64,000 nucleotides of DNA from Mycobacteriales bacterium (GCA_035476575.1 DATILL010000124.1:9039-73038), one strand, 5' to 3'. Positions 54,489-62,728 are shown, counted from the first letter of the stretch. Numbers and translations are program-made. Notes: generated by a model not told the origin, from the letters alone.

Positions 54489-54854
54489 CTACTTCGCCTG
54501 ACCGCGGTAGCCTACTGGCCCCTCGCCCGGGAACTGGGCTGCTCCCTGGAAGCTGGCCCCGTCGTCGAAGAACGTGATCGCCGCGTTGCCTTGTGTGCCC
54601 GCCCAGGACACCTGGGTGCCGTTCGCGGGCCGGCCACTTTGCGGCACCACCGCCTTCCGATTTTGGATAACAACGGTCAGGTCAGAGTCGTCATGCCATT
54701 CCGCGTTGGGTCCACCCCACTGGATCTGCGTCCGATACGTCGCCATGCCGTAGTTCCCCCTTAACGTGATATTGCCCGGATCTTGTACGACGTCCGCCGG
54801 GATCTCCCAAGGGGCTCCCCCGGCCGGCGCACCGAAGAATACGCCACTATCCAC
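54489..54854 (-). CDS. OAA-family (Oscillatoria agardhii agglutinin-like) lectin domain protein, putative
   Basis: YRTQIQWGGPNAEWH and FFDDGASFQGAAQFPGEGPVGYRG resemble the OAA repeat as I recall it (ENQWGGSSAPWN ... GDDGQTLNGTMTYAGEGPIGFR). GC3 is about 70%, there is a TTA codon at 54762-64 and a TAG stop, and the upstream region is AT-rich. Confidence 0.5.
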   Translation of the reverse strand: MDSGVFFGAPAGGAPWEIPADVVQDPGNITLRGNYGMATYRTQIQWGGPNAEWHDDSDLTVVIQNRKAVVPQSGRPANGTQVSWAGTQGNAAITFFDDGASFQGAAQFPGEGPVGYRGQAK

Positions 54855-54986
54855 TCCAGAGCTTTGTTCGACCGGGGCTTTGTCAGGTAGTGTGATTTAT
54901 TGTCGCGGCATTGGGATGGTGACACCCGATCGGCACATTACTTCCCCTAATCGGGTGACGCCAGGGAGCTGGCCGACTGCGGAAAG

Positions 54987-55369
54987 TCACGGAACGGCGA
55001 GACGGCACAATCCCGCAGCGCTATCCCGCGGCGCCACCCCGAGCCACGCCTCGAACGCACGCACCGAGGGCGTCCGGCGCACCGCGGCGATCACCCGGGC
55101 GCGCTCCGCTCCGGTGATCGCCGGCGTCCTGGGCAGCTCGACGGCGGCCAGCGCGGAGCTGACCCGGCCGAGCAGAAACCAGTCGGTGACCGGGGCAGCC
55201 GACCGACCGGTCCGAGCTGGGCCGAGCCACCGCCCGCCGGCCAGTGCCAGCGCGACCACGACGGCGGACCCGGGCGGTCCAGTCGAACGGCGACCCGCAC
55301 ACCCTGCTGAGCTGGCTCGGCGTCGACGTACACAGCGAGTCCCAGGCGCAGTCCTGACCGCATGAGCAC
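54987..55369 (-). pseudogene. Gene remnant (C-terminal fragment of an unidentified regulator or binding protein) with a frameshift
   Basis: The high-GC3 tail VTDWFLLGRVSSALAAVELPRTPAITGAERARVIAAVRRTPSVRAFEAWLG is in frame 54987..55376. An N-ward piece MLMRSGLRLGLAVYVDAEPAQQGVRVAVRLDRPGPP is in frame 55091..55369. No full-length ORF exists. Confidence 0.3.
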
Positions 55370-55390
55370 ATCTCACGGAGGAGATCTTCC

Positions 55391-55504
55391 ATGGCTTGTG
55401 AAAGCGAGCTGAACAATGTCGGCGCCGCGCTGGCCGCCTTTGTCGCCGTCTGCGCGACAGTTGAGACCGGAATCGGCGTGATTGCCTGTGCCGCAGCCGG
55501 ATGA
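55391..55504 (+). CDS. Small hydrophobic Cys-containing ORF (37 codons) ending at an in-frame TGA
   Basis: GGAGGAG RBS, then ATG. MACESELNNVGAALAAFVAVCATVETGIGVIACAAAG*. The same frame continues with coding-like bias: AYYNALEAYDKCRQQNGLATLTEEIGQVYADAQQLQG. Confidence 0.3.
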   Translation: MACESELNNVGAALAAFVAVCATVETGIGVIACAAAG

Positions 55505-55626
55505 GCCTACTACAACGCGCTGGAAGCGTACGACAAGTGTCGCCAGCAGAATGGTCTGGCCACTCTCACCGAGGAGATCGGGCAGGTCTACGCCGACGCC
55601 CAGCAACTACAGGGACACAGGCACGC

Positions 55627-56457
55627 TCATGGCATCCGGTGGAGCCCCGGCGGTGCGCCACTGCCGGGCTTCCTCAGGCCCGCCGATCGGTCGCCGGGCT
55701 CCTCAGCACATTTGTCGGGTTGCTCAGCCTGTTCGCCGGGTTGCTCAGCACATTCGCCGGTCCGCTCCACCCCGGCCGTCTCGGTCTTGCGGGCGATGTC
55801 GGCGAGCGCGGTCCGGCGTACGGCGTCCTTCTTGTCGTCCTCGGCCCGGTTGCGGATCACCCGGGCCGGCACGCCGACCGCGACGGAGTACCCCGGCAGG
55901 CTCCTGCTGACCACGGCGTTCGCCCCGACCACGCAGCCGCGGCCGATGGACACCCCTCGCAGCACGGTGACCTTGGTGCCGAGCCAGACGTCCGGGCCGA
56001 TCCGCACCGGCGACTTCACGATGCCCTGGTCCTTGATCGGGCGGTGGATGTCGCTGAACACATGGTCGAAGTCGCACACGTACACCCAGTCCGCGACGAT
56101 CGTGGTGTCACCGAACTCGACGTCGAGGTAGCAGTTGACCGTGTTGTCCGTGCCGAACACGCACTTGTCGCCGATCCGCAACGTGCCCTCGTGCGCCCGT
56201 AGCGCGTTGCCGGTGCCGATGTGCACCCAGCGCCCGATGATCATCCGACCGTAGCCGCGCCGAACGTACAGCTCGACCCGCTTGCCGAGGAAGACGAACC
56301 CCTCGGTGACGATGTGCGGGTTGCGCAGCCGGAGGACGAGGAACCGCCAGTACCGCACGAGGTACCACGGGGTCCACGCCCGGTGCCGGACCACCCAACG
56401 CAGGCTGGCCACGGTGAGGACCCGCGCCTGCCGTGGGTCACGATGACGCCCGAACAT
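55627..56457 (-). CDS. Hexapeptide-repeat (left-handed beta-helix) acyltransferase
   Basis: IGDKCVFGTDNTV...VRIGPDVWLGTKVTVLRGVSIGRGCVVGANAVVSRSLPGYSVAVGVPARVI. The long acidic C-terminal tail contains three 21-bp repeats (55698-55760). Confidence 0.8.
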   Translation of the reverse strand: MFGRHRDPRQARVLTVASLRWVVRHRAWTPWYLVRYWRFLVLRLRNPHIVTEGFVFLGKRVELYVRRGYGRMIIGRWVHIGTGNALRAHEGTLRIGDKCVFGTDNTVNCYLDVEFGDTTIVADWVYVCDFDHVFSDIHRPIKDQGIVKSPVRIGPDVWLGTKVTVLRGVSIGRGCVVGANAVVSRSLPGYSVAVGVPARVIRNRAEDDKKDAVRRTALADIARKTETAGVERTGECAEQPGEQAEQPDKCAEEPGDRSAGLRKPGSGAPPGLHRMP

Positions 56458-56516
56458 GGGCCAACACGCTACCTCGCCACCGTGCGGCGCTACTGCCCGG
56501 CGCTAGCCTGGGGAGC

Positions 56517-57263
56517 GTGGACGACCTGTCCCCGCCGCGGTACGCCGCCCTGGTCGCGCCGGCCATCGACCGGGTGCACCTGTCAGTGCACGAGCGGACC
56601 AGGCGAGACCATGGTGCCACCTTGATGAGGTACGGCGTGCCGCGGCGCGGCCTGGGCCTGCTGGTGTCGCTCCGCTTCGTGCTGCCGCGCGGCGCGCTGC
56701 GCCGGCCGGCGTTCGCGCTGGCCGCGCGCTACCACGATCCGGCGGAGGTGGACCGTGCGGTCGGGGAGCTGGTCGCCGACGGCTGGCTGGTGCCGGACGA
56801 GCACGGGCCGGCGCCCGACGCGCTGACGCCGGACGAGCGGTGCGCCGCCTTCCTGCACGCGCTGTACGACGCCCACGCCGAGGTGACCACCGCCGCCTGG
56901 GAGCCGCGGGCGACGTCGCTGCCGGGGCTGGCCGCGATGGCCGGGCGGCTGCTGGCGGGCGCGGTGCCCAGCGGCGGGCCGTCGTTCGACGTGTTCTGCC
57001 CGCCGTACGAACGCGCCGGAGACCCGCCGGGGGTGCTGCTGTTCAACCGGCTGGCGGCGCTGCGGTACCACCGCTCCGACGCGCACGTCGCGGCCTGGTC
57101 CGCGGCGGGGCTGACCGCGGCGACGATGCGGGGGCTCGCGGCGGACGATCCGCGCCGGGCCGGGATCGAGGCCGAGACCGACCGGCTCGCGGCACCTGCG
57201 TACGGCGTGCTGTCCACCGCCGAACGGCTCGACCTCCTGGCCGGCCTGGCCACGCTGGCATAG
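56517..57263 (+). CDS. Conserved hypothetical, probable winged-helix DNA-binding protein
   Basis: GTG at 56517, 7 nt after TAGCCT (possibly leaderless). LLFNRLAALRYHRSDAHVAAWSAAGLTAATMRGL...IEAETDRLAAPAY. Confidence 0.55.
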   Translation: MDDLSPPRYAALVAPAIDRVHLSVHERTRRDHGATLMRYGVPRRGLGLLVSLRFVLPRGALRRPAFALAARYHDPAEVDRAVGELVADGWLVPDEHGPAPDALTPDERCAAFLHALYDAHAEVTTAAWEPRATSLPGLAAMAGRLLAGAVPSGGPSFDVFCPPYERAGDPPGVLLFNRLAALRYHRSDAHVAAWSAAGLTAATMRGLAADDPRRAGIEAETDRLAAPAYGVLSTAERLDLLAGLATLA

Positions 57264-57403
57264 CTCGACCCCGGGCTCATCGGCCCGTGCTGACCGTGCG
57301 CGGACGGCTTCTACCCGCAGGTCACGCACCGGAGCGACCGCCGGGACGTGTTCACCGCCGCCTCACAGCGTAGGCCCCGCCCGACCGCGGCACGTGTTGC
57401 AAA

Positions 57404-57438
57404 GGTCCGGTGGGACACACGGGCGTGCCCACCGGACC
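57404..57438. terminator. Stem-loop between convergent genes
   Basis: GGTCCGGTGGG-acacacgggcgtg-CCCACCGGACC (11-bp perfect stem). Confidence 0.4.
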
Positions 57439-57555
57439 TTCGCGACACGCGGCCGTCCTGCCGTTACGCCGTCAGCCACCGGGACGTGCGCCGCGCACTG
57501 CCCGCAAGCGCACACCGGCCCGGCATCCAGGTCCAGGGCCGAAAGGGCAGGCGTG

Positions 57556-58485
57556 CTATGGCTTCACCCCGGTCAGCAGGGCGTTGTAGAAAAGCCCGGC
57601 GGGAACCACCCGGGCCAGCACCCGATCATCCACAGTGGACAGTCCCTGCCAGGTGCGGTAGGCGAACATGGCCCACCCCCAGCCGAGCTTGTCCTTCGGT
57701 ACGGCGCACTCGAACGTGCGCACCGGCCAGCCGAACCAGGCCGCGGTCAGCTCCTCGGTCCGCACCACCACGTCGACCGCACCGGCCCGCACCGCCAGCG
57801 CCCGCAGCTCGGCCGGCGCGAAGGTGTGCAGGTCGACCACTGACTCCAACGCCGCCGCCTGGGACGACTCGTCCAGCTCCGCCTGCGGCCGCCGCCAGGA
57901 CCGCAGCACCGGCAGCTTGGTCACGTTGGTGGTAGCCCACCAGGTGAGGCGCGAGAGCCGCCGCGCCACCAGGTCGCCGTACCTCGTCGGCTCGCCAGCG
58001 AAGACAAACCGGCCACCCGGCCGCAGCACCCGCAGGACCTCCCGCAGCGCGAGCGCGACGTCCGGGATGTGGTGCAGCACCGCATGCCCCACGACCAGGT
58101 CGAACTCGCCGTCGCCGTACGGGATCGACTCCGCGTCGGCCACCCGGCCCTCGACCGCGAAGCCGAGCCGGGCGGCGTTGCGCCTGGCCGCCTCGACCAT
58201 GCCGGGGCTGATGTCGGTGACGTGGCCCTCGTCCAGGATGCCGGCCTGCCTGAGGTTGAGCAGGAAGAAGCCGGTGCCGCAGCCGAGCTCCAGCGCGCGG
58301 CCGTACGGCCAGCCGGCCCGCCCGGCGATCTTCTCGAACCGTTCGCGGGCGTAGGTGATGCACCGCTCGTCGTAGGAGATCGACCATTTCTCGTCGTACG
58401 TCGACGCCTCCCAGTCGTGGTAGAGGATGTTGGCCTGCTTCGGGTCGTGGCGGGCCGCCTCGACCTCCTCCCGGCTGGCCGACAT
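57556..58485 (-). CDS. Class I SAM-dependent methyltransferase
   Basis: ALELGCGTGFFLLNL (motif I) and LRPGGRFVFAGEP, 309 aa. Confidence 0.85.
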   Translation of the reverse strand: MSASREEVEAARHDPKQANILYHDWEASTYDEKWSISYDERCITYARERFEKIAGRAGWPYGRALELGCGTGFFLLNLRQAGILDEGHVTDISPGMVEAARRNAARLGFAVEGRVADAESIPYGDGEFDLVVGHAVLHHIPDVALALREVLRVLRPGGRFVFAGEPTRYGDLVARRLSRLTWWATTNVTKLPVLRSWRRPQAELDESSQAAALESVVDLHTFAPAELRALAVRAGAVDVVVRTEELTAAWFGWPVRTFECAVPKDKLGWGWAMFAYRTWQGLSTVDDRVLARVVPAGLFYNALLTGVKP

Positions 58486-58487
58486 GG

Positions 58488-59267
58488 CTACCTGCCCATG
58501 AACTCGGCCTTGCCCGGGCCGCTCTCGAGGAACGAGCGCATCCCGGCCGACCGGTCCTCGGTGGCGAACAGGCTGGCGAACAGATAGCTCTCCAGCTTCA
58601 GCCCGCTGGCCAGGTCGGTGTCGAGCCCGCCGTCCACCGCGGCCTTGGCCGCGCGCAGGGCCAGGGCCGGGCCGGTCGCGTACTGCCCGGCGAGCGCCCG
58701 CGCGGCGTCGTACACCTCGTCCGGTGCGACGACCCGGTCGACCAGGCCGATCCGCAGCGCCTCCGCAGCGTCCACGAACCGGCCGGTGAAGATCAGGTCC
58801 TTCGCCTTGGCCGGGCCGACCAGGCGGGGCAGCCGCTGGGTGCCGCCCGCGCCGGGGATGATGCCGAGCAGGATCTCGGGCTGGCCGAGCTTGGCGTTGT
58901 CGCCGCAGACCCGGAGGTCGGCGGTCAGGGCGAGCTCGCAGCCGCCGCCGAGCGCGTAGCCGGTGACCGCGGCGACCACCGGCTTGGGGATGCGGGCCAC
59001 CGCGTCGAACGCGCTGGACAGCGCGATCGCCCGCTGCGCCATGTCGGCGTAGGTCATGTCGACCATTTCCTTGATGTCCGCGCCGGCCGCGAAGACCTTC
59101 GGACCGCCGTAGATGACGACGGCGCGTACGTCGGCCCGGGCGGTCACCTCGGCGGCGGCGGCCCGCAGCGCCTCCTGGACAGCGGTGTTGAGCGCGTTCA
59201 TCGGCGGGCGGTCGAGCCGGATGGTGCCGATGCCGCCGTCGACCTCGACCTGGACGAACTCGGTCAT
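58488..59267 (-). CDS. Enoyl-CoA hydratase/isomerase (crotonase) family protein
   Basis: MTEFVQVEVDGGIGTIRLDRPPMNAL...FAAGADIKEM...GYALGGGCELALTADLRV...GIIPGAGGTQRLPRLVG. Confidence 0.9.
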   Translation of the reverse strand: MTEFVQVEVDGGIGTIRLDRPPMNALNTAVQEALRAAAAEVTARADVRAVVIYGGPKVFAAGADIKEMVDMTYADMAQRAIALSSAFDAVARIPKPVVAAVTGYALGGGCELALTADLRVCGDNAKLGQPEILLGIIPGAGGTQRLPRLVGPAKAKDLIFTGRFVDAAEALRIGLVDRVVAPDEVYDAARALAGQYATGPALALRAAKAAVDGGLDTDLASGLKLESYLFASLFATEDRSAGMRSFLESGPGKAEFMGR

Positions 59268-59304
59268 GCTGGCGCTCCTCCTCCGCGACCCCCGGCAGCC
59301 TACT

Positions 59305-59483
59305 GTGGTCACCTCTCGGCGTTGTGGTCACCTGTCGTTGCCTCCGCAGCCCGTGTGGTCACCTCTCGGCGTTGTGGTGACCTGTCGTTGCCTCCGGACC
59401 CCAAGAGGTCACCACAAGACCGACAGGTGACCACACGGGGAGGCCGGGCAACGACAGGTGACCACAACGCCGAGAGGTGACCA
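59305..59483. repeat. Palindromic 12-mer repeat cluster 4 (two forward plus two reverse units, nested palindrome)
   Basis: Eight 12-mers: GTGGTCACCTCT, GTGGTCACCTGT, GTGGTCACCTCT, GTGGTGACCTGT, then AGAGGTCACCAC, ACAGGTGACCAC, ACAGGTGACCAC, AGAGGTGACCAC. Lies in the echA-like / FAD-oxidoreductase divergent region. Confidence 0.9.
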
Positions 59484-59515
59484 CACCGGAAGCGGGGGCG
59501 GGCTAGCCTGGCCGG

Positions 59516-60928
59516 GTGGGTGCCCAGCCTGTCGACCTGGCCGTGCTCGGGGCCGGCCCGGCCGGGTTGGCCACGGCCTGGCGGGCCGCGCGGCGTGGGC
59601 TGTCGGTCGCCGTACTGGAACGCGCCGACCACGTCGGCGGGATGGCCGCCTCGACCGAGATCGCCGGCATCCGGGTGGACGCCGGCAGCCACCGTCTGCA
59701 CCCGGCCACCCCGCCGTACCTGCTCGACGCGCTGCGCGGGCTGCTCGGCGACGACCTACAGCTTAGGCCGCGCAACGGCCGGCTGCGCGTCTACGGCCGC
59801 TGGGTCAGCTTCCCGCTGCGGGCCGGCGAGCTGCTCCGCGCGCTGCCGCCGGTCGCGCTGCGCCGGATCGCCCGGGACGCCGCCTGCGCGCCGTTCCGGG
59901 CCGGGCGCGGGCGCGGCGCGGCGTCGTACGGGGAGCTGCTGTCGGCCCGGCTCGGACCGGAGCTGTACAGCGCCCTCTACGGCCCGTACGCCCAGAAGCT
60001 GTGGGGCCTGCCCGGCGACCTGGTCGACGTCGAGCAGGCCCGCCGCCGGGTGACCGCCGACAGCCCCGGGAAGATCGCCGCCCGGGTGTTGCGCGCCGGC
60101 CGGCGCAACGACGGGCGGGGCCGGGTCTTCTGGTACCCCCGGCGCGGCTTCGGGCAGCTCGCCGAGGCGCTGGCCGACGCCGCGGCCACGGCCGGCGCGA
60201 GCATCCGCACCGGCGTCGAGGTCACCCACGTCGACCTGCGCGGCACGACGCCGTACGTCCGGCTGGCCGACGGCGGCACCCTCCAGTGTGGGCACGTCTG
60301 CGCGACGGTGCCGCTGACCGTGCTGGCCCGGCTGGTCCGCCCGCTGCCGCCGCCGGCCGTCGCGGCGGCGGCCGGGCGGCTGCGGTTCCGCGCGATGCTG
60401 CTGGTCTACCTGGTCCATGACGGCGGCCGGTGGACGCCGTACGACGCCCACTACCTGCCCGGCCGCGAGACGCCGGTGACCCGCGTCAGCGAGCCGGCCA
60501 ACTACCGCGACTCCACCGACGACCCCACGGACCGGACCGTGCTCTGCGCCGAGATCCCCTGCGCGGTTGGCGATCCACTGTGGAGGCTCGACGACGACGC
60601 CCTGGCCGGGGTGGTGACCGACGGGCTGGCCCGGTGCGGGCTGCCGCCGGTCCGGCTGGCCGGGGTCGAGGTGCGCCGGCTGCCGCGCGTGTACCCGGTC
60701 TACCGGGTCGGGTACGGCGACGCGCTGGCCGAGCTGGACGGATGGGCGGCCGGGCTGGCCAGGCTGACGACGTTCGGCCGGCTCGGGCTCTTCGCCCACG
60801 ACAACACCCACCACGCGCTGGCCATGGCGTGGGACGCGGTGGCCGCGCTGCGCCTGGACGGCGCCCGCGACGAGGCGGGCTGGGCTCGGGCCCGGGCCCG
60901 GTTCGCCACCCACGTGGTCGAGGACTGA
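59516..60928 (+). CDS. FAD/NAD(P)-binding oxidoreductase (amine-oxidase / UDP-galactopyranose-mutase-like fold)
   Basis: DLAVLGAGPAGLATAWRAARRGLSVAVLERADHVGGMA (GxGxxG dinucleotide motif). GTG start 6 nt after TAGCCT. Confidence 0.8.
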   Translation: MGAQPVDLAVLGAGPAGLATAWRAARRGLSVAVLERADHVGGMAASTEIAGIRVDAGSHRLHPATPPYLLDALRGLLGDDLQLRPRNGRLRVYGRWVSFPLRAGELLRALPPVALRRIARDAACAPFRAGRGRGAASYGELLSARLGPELYSALYGPYAQKLWGLPGDLVDVEQARRRVTADSPGKIAARVLRAGRRNDGRGRVFWYPRRGFGQLAEALADAAATAGASIRTGVEVTHVDLRGTTPYVRLADGGTLQCGHVCATVPLTVLARLVRPLPPPAVAAAAGRLRFRAMLLVYLVHDGGRWTPYDAHYLPGRETPVTRVSEPANYRDSTDDPTDRTVLCAEIPCAVGDPLWRLDDDALAGVVTDGLARCGLPPVRLAGVEVRRLPRVYPVYRVGYGDALAELDGWAAGLARLTTFGRLGLFAHDNTHHALAMAWDAVAALRLDGARDEAGWARARARFATHVVED

Positions 60929-60935
60929 CCCATCC

Positions 60936-61010
60936 CCCTTCCCGACGATCATCGAGCTGTGGTCGCTTGATCTTCAATCGCGACCACAGCTCGATGATCG
61001 TCGGGAAGGG
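60936..61010. terminator. Perfect 31-bp inverted repeat between convergent genes
   Basis: CCCTTCCCGACGATCATCGAGCTGTGGTCGC-ttgatcttcaatc-GCGACCACAGCTCGATGATCGTCGGGAAGGG. It overlaps the last about 20 codons of the GT2 ORF. Confidence 0.6.
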
Positions 61011-62628
61011 CATGGTTGATCTCCTGGTGTACGGCGGGCAGCACCCGGCGCAGGTACCGGCCAAGCCGGACGAACGACGTCCCACTCGTCCGGAACGCGT
61101 AGGAGATCGGCACCTCCGCGTACCGGAACCCCTTGCCCAGCAGGTCCAGCGTGAGCACCTGGGCATAGTTGTAGTCATGGATGATCTCGGCGTCCCGGGC
61201 CGCCCGGGGTGCGAACGCGCGGTACCCGCTCTGCCCGTCGGTCAGCCCGTCCAGCCGGGTCATCCAGCGCACCCACCGGGTCAGCAGCAGGTTGCCGAGC
61301 ATCCGGTGCGGCCGCATCCGTTCCCGCGGCAGGCGCCCGCCACGAAATCGCGACCCCACCACGTAGTCCGCCTCGCCGGCCAGCACCGGAGCGGCCAGCC
61401 GGGCCAGCTCCTCGGGCTGGTACTCGCCGTCCGCGTCGAGGTAGACCACGCACGCCGGCCCCAGCGCCACCGCCTCGGCCAGCCCGCGCCGCACCGCCGC
61501 GCCGAGCCCGAGGTTGGCCGGCTGCCGGACCACCACGGCGCCGGCCGCGGCGGCCCGCTCCGCGGTCGCGTCCCGCGACCCATCGTCCACCACCAGCACC
61601 CGCACCGACCGTCCACACGCGACGGTCGGCACCCGGCGGACCACCCCGCCCACCGATGCCTCCTCGTCGTAGGCCGGGACAACCACGACGATGGGCGCGC
61701 CAGCGGCGACCGGCTCGGGCGCCGGCCGGGGCGGCAACGCGGCCGGCAGCCGCAGCCGGCCGAGGTACCCCGGCTCCGGCACGACCAGCGCCACCAGCCC
61801 CACGACCAGGGAGTACGCCGTCTTCGCCGCGTGCGCGACCAGCGCGGCGGCCAGCGCCGGGCCGGGACCAGCCCCGAGCCCAACGAGCGCCGCGGTGGCC
61901 GCCGCCTCGTACGACCCGATGCCACCCGGCGTGACCGCGACGGTCTGCGCGGCGATCGTCACCGCCGTCACCGCCACCGCGCCGGGGTAGCCCAGCCCGA
62001 TCCCGGCCGCCGCGGCAGCCGCCCACATGACACCGGCCTCCAGCAGCCAGGCCACGGTGGCCGCCGCGGCCACGGCCGGGCCCGGCAGCCGGACCGGCGT
62101 ACCGGCCCGCCGCAGCCGGACCAGCCAGGCCAGCGCCGCACCGACCAGCACCAGCACTGCCGCGCCCGCCACCCAGAGCCAGCCGCCGGCCAGCCGGGAC
62201 AGCAGCGCTGGTGCCGCCAGGGCCGCCAGGCCGAGCACCGCGAGCAGGTCCGCGCCGCGCAGCAGCACGGCCGACGCCGTGACCGGGCCGGCGCCCAGCA
62301 TGGTCCGCCGCAGCACCGACGTGACCCGCAGCGCCTCGCCGAGCCGGAACGGCAGCACGTGGTTGCCCAGCAGCGAGACGTGCAGCGCCGCCCAGGACTG
62401 CCCCCCGGGCAACCCCGGCAGCACCCGGCACCACGCCCAGGCCCGCAGCCCGAACGCCGCCGCGTAGGCAGCGAGCGCCCCCAGCAGCGGCGCCGGCCGG
62501 TTGGCTACGGCGGCCAGCGCGGCGCCCACCGCGCCGAGATCGACCACTCGCATGAGGTAGCCGACGGCGAGCGCCAGCAGGAGCACCCCGACCCCCCGTC
62601 GCACGTCCCGCGCAGCTCCTAACCGCAC
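60949..62628 (-). CDS. Fusion of flippase-like (UPF0104 / LPG-synthase TM) domain and family-2 glycosyltransferase
   Basis: N-terminal about 300 aa polytopic, then VVVPAYDEEASV...VVDDGSRDAT...YLDADGEYQPEEL...GSRF...QSGYRAF (GT2, DPM1-like). Confidence 0.8.
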   Translation of the reverse strand: MRLGAARDVRRGVGVLLLALAVGYLMRVVDLGAVGAALAAVANRPAPLLGALAAYAAAFGLRAWAWCRVLPGLPGGQSWAALHVSLLGNHVLPFRLGEALRVTSVLRRTMLGAGPVTASAVLLRGADLLAVLGLAALAAPALLSRLAGGWLWVAGAAVLVLVGAALAWLVRLRRAGTPVRLPGPAVAAAATVAWLLEAGVMWAAAAAAGIGLGYPGAVAVTAVTIAAQTVAVTPGGIGSYEAAATAALVGLGAGPGPALAAALVAHAAKTAYSLVVGLVALVVPEPGYLGRLRLPAALPPRPAPEPVAAGAPIVVVVPAYDEEASVGGVVRRVPTVACGRSVRVLVVDDGSRDATAERAAAAGAVVVRQPANLGLGAAVRRGLAEAVALGPACVVYLDADGEYQPEELARLAAPVLAGEADYVVGSRFRGGRLPRERMRPHRMLGNLLLTRWVRWMTRLDGLTDGQSGYRAFAPRAARDAEIIHDYNYAQVLTLDLLGKGFRYAEVPISYAFRTSGTSFVRLGRYLRRVLPAVHQEINHALPDDHRAVVAIEDQATTAR

Positions 62629-62682
62629 GCTGGCCGCCTCTCGCCGTCGCCGCGTCGTACCCGCTTGATCGCGCGTCCGAAA

Positions 62683-62701
62683 TTAGGCAAGGCTAACCTC
62701 C
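62683..62701. promoter_or_regulatory. Candidate IdeR/DtxR iron box
   Basis: TTAGGCAAGGCTAACCTCC matches 16 of 19 positions of TWAGGTWAGSCTWACCTWA. It lies 28 nt upstream of the epimerase ATG in the GT2/epimerase divergent region. Confidence 0.35.
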
Positions 62702-62728
62702 ACCCACGCTGAGCGAAGGGGATACTCC

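Noticed and set aside
55502-55504. In-frame TGA in the small Cys-rich ORF read as selenocysteine.
   Set aside because: I see no convincing SECIS-like stem-loop directly downstream (only a 4-bp ACGC/GCGT pairing), and no sel genes in the window. A nonsense mutation or a genuine stop is more parsimonious. It is kept as a finding, but not as Sec.
51900-57300. Prophage, integrative element or IS as the origin of the accessory patch.
   Set aside because: I could not recognise an integrase, transposase, tRNA attachment site, terminal inverted repeats or phage structural genes. Only composition, pseudogenes and a flanking repeat cluster suggest foreign or decaying DNA, so no mobile-element call is made.
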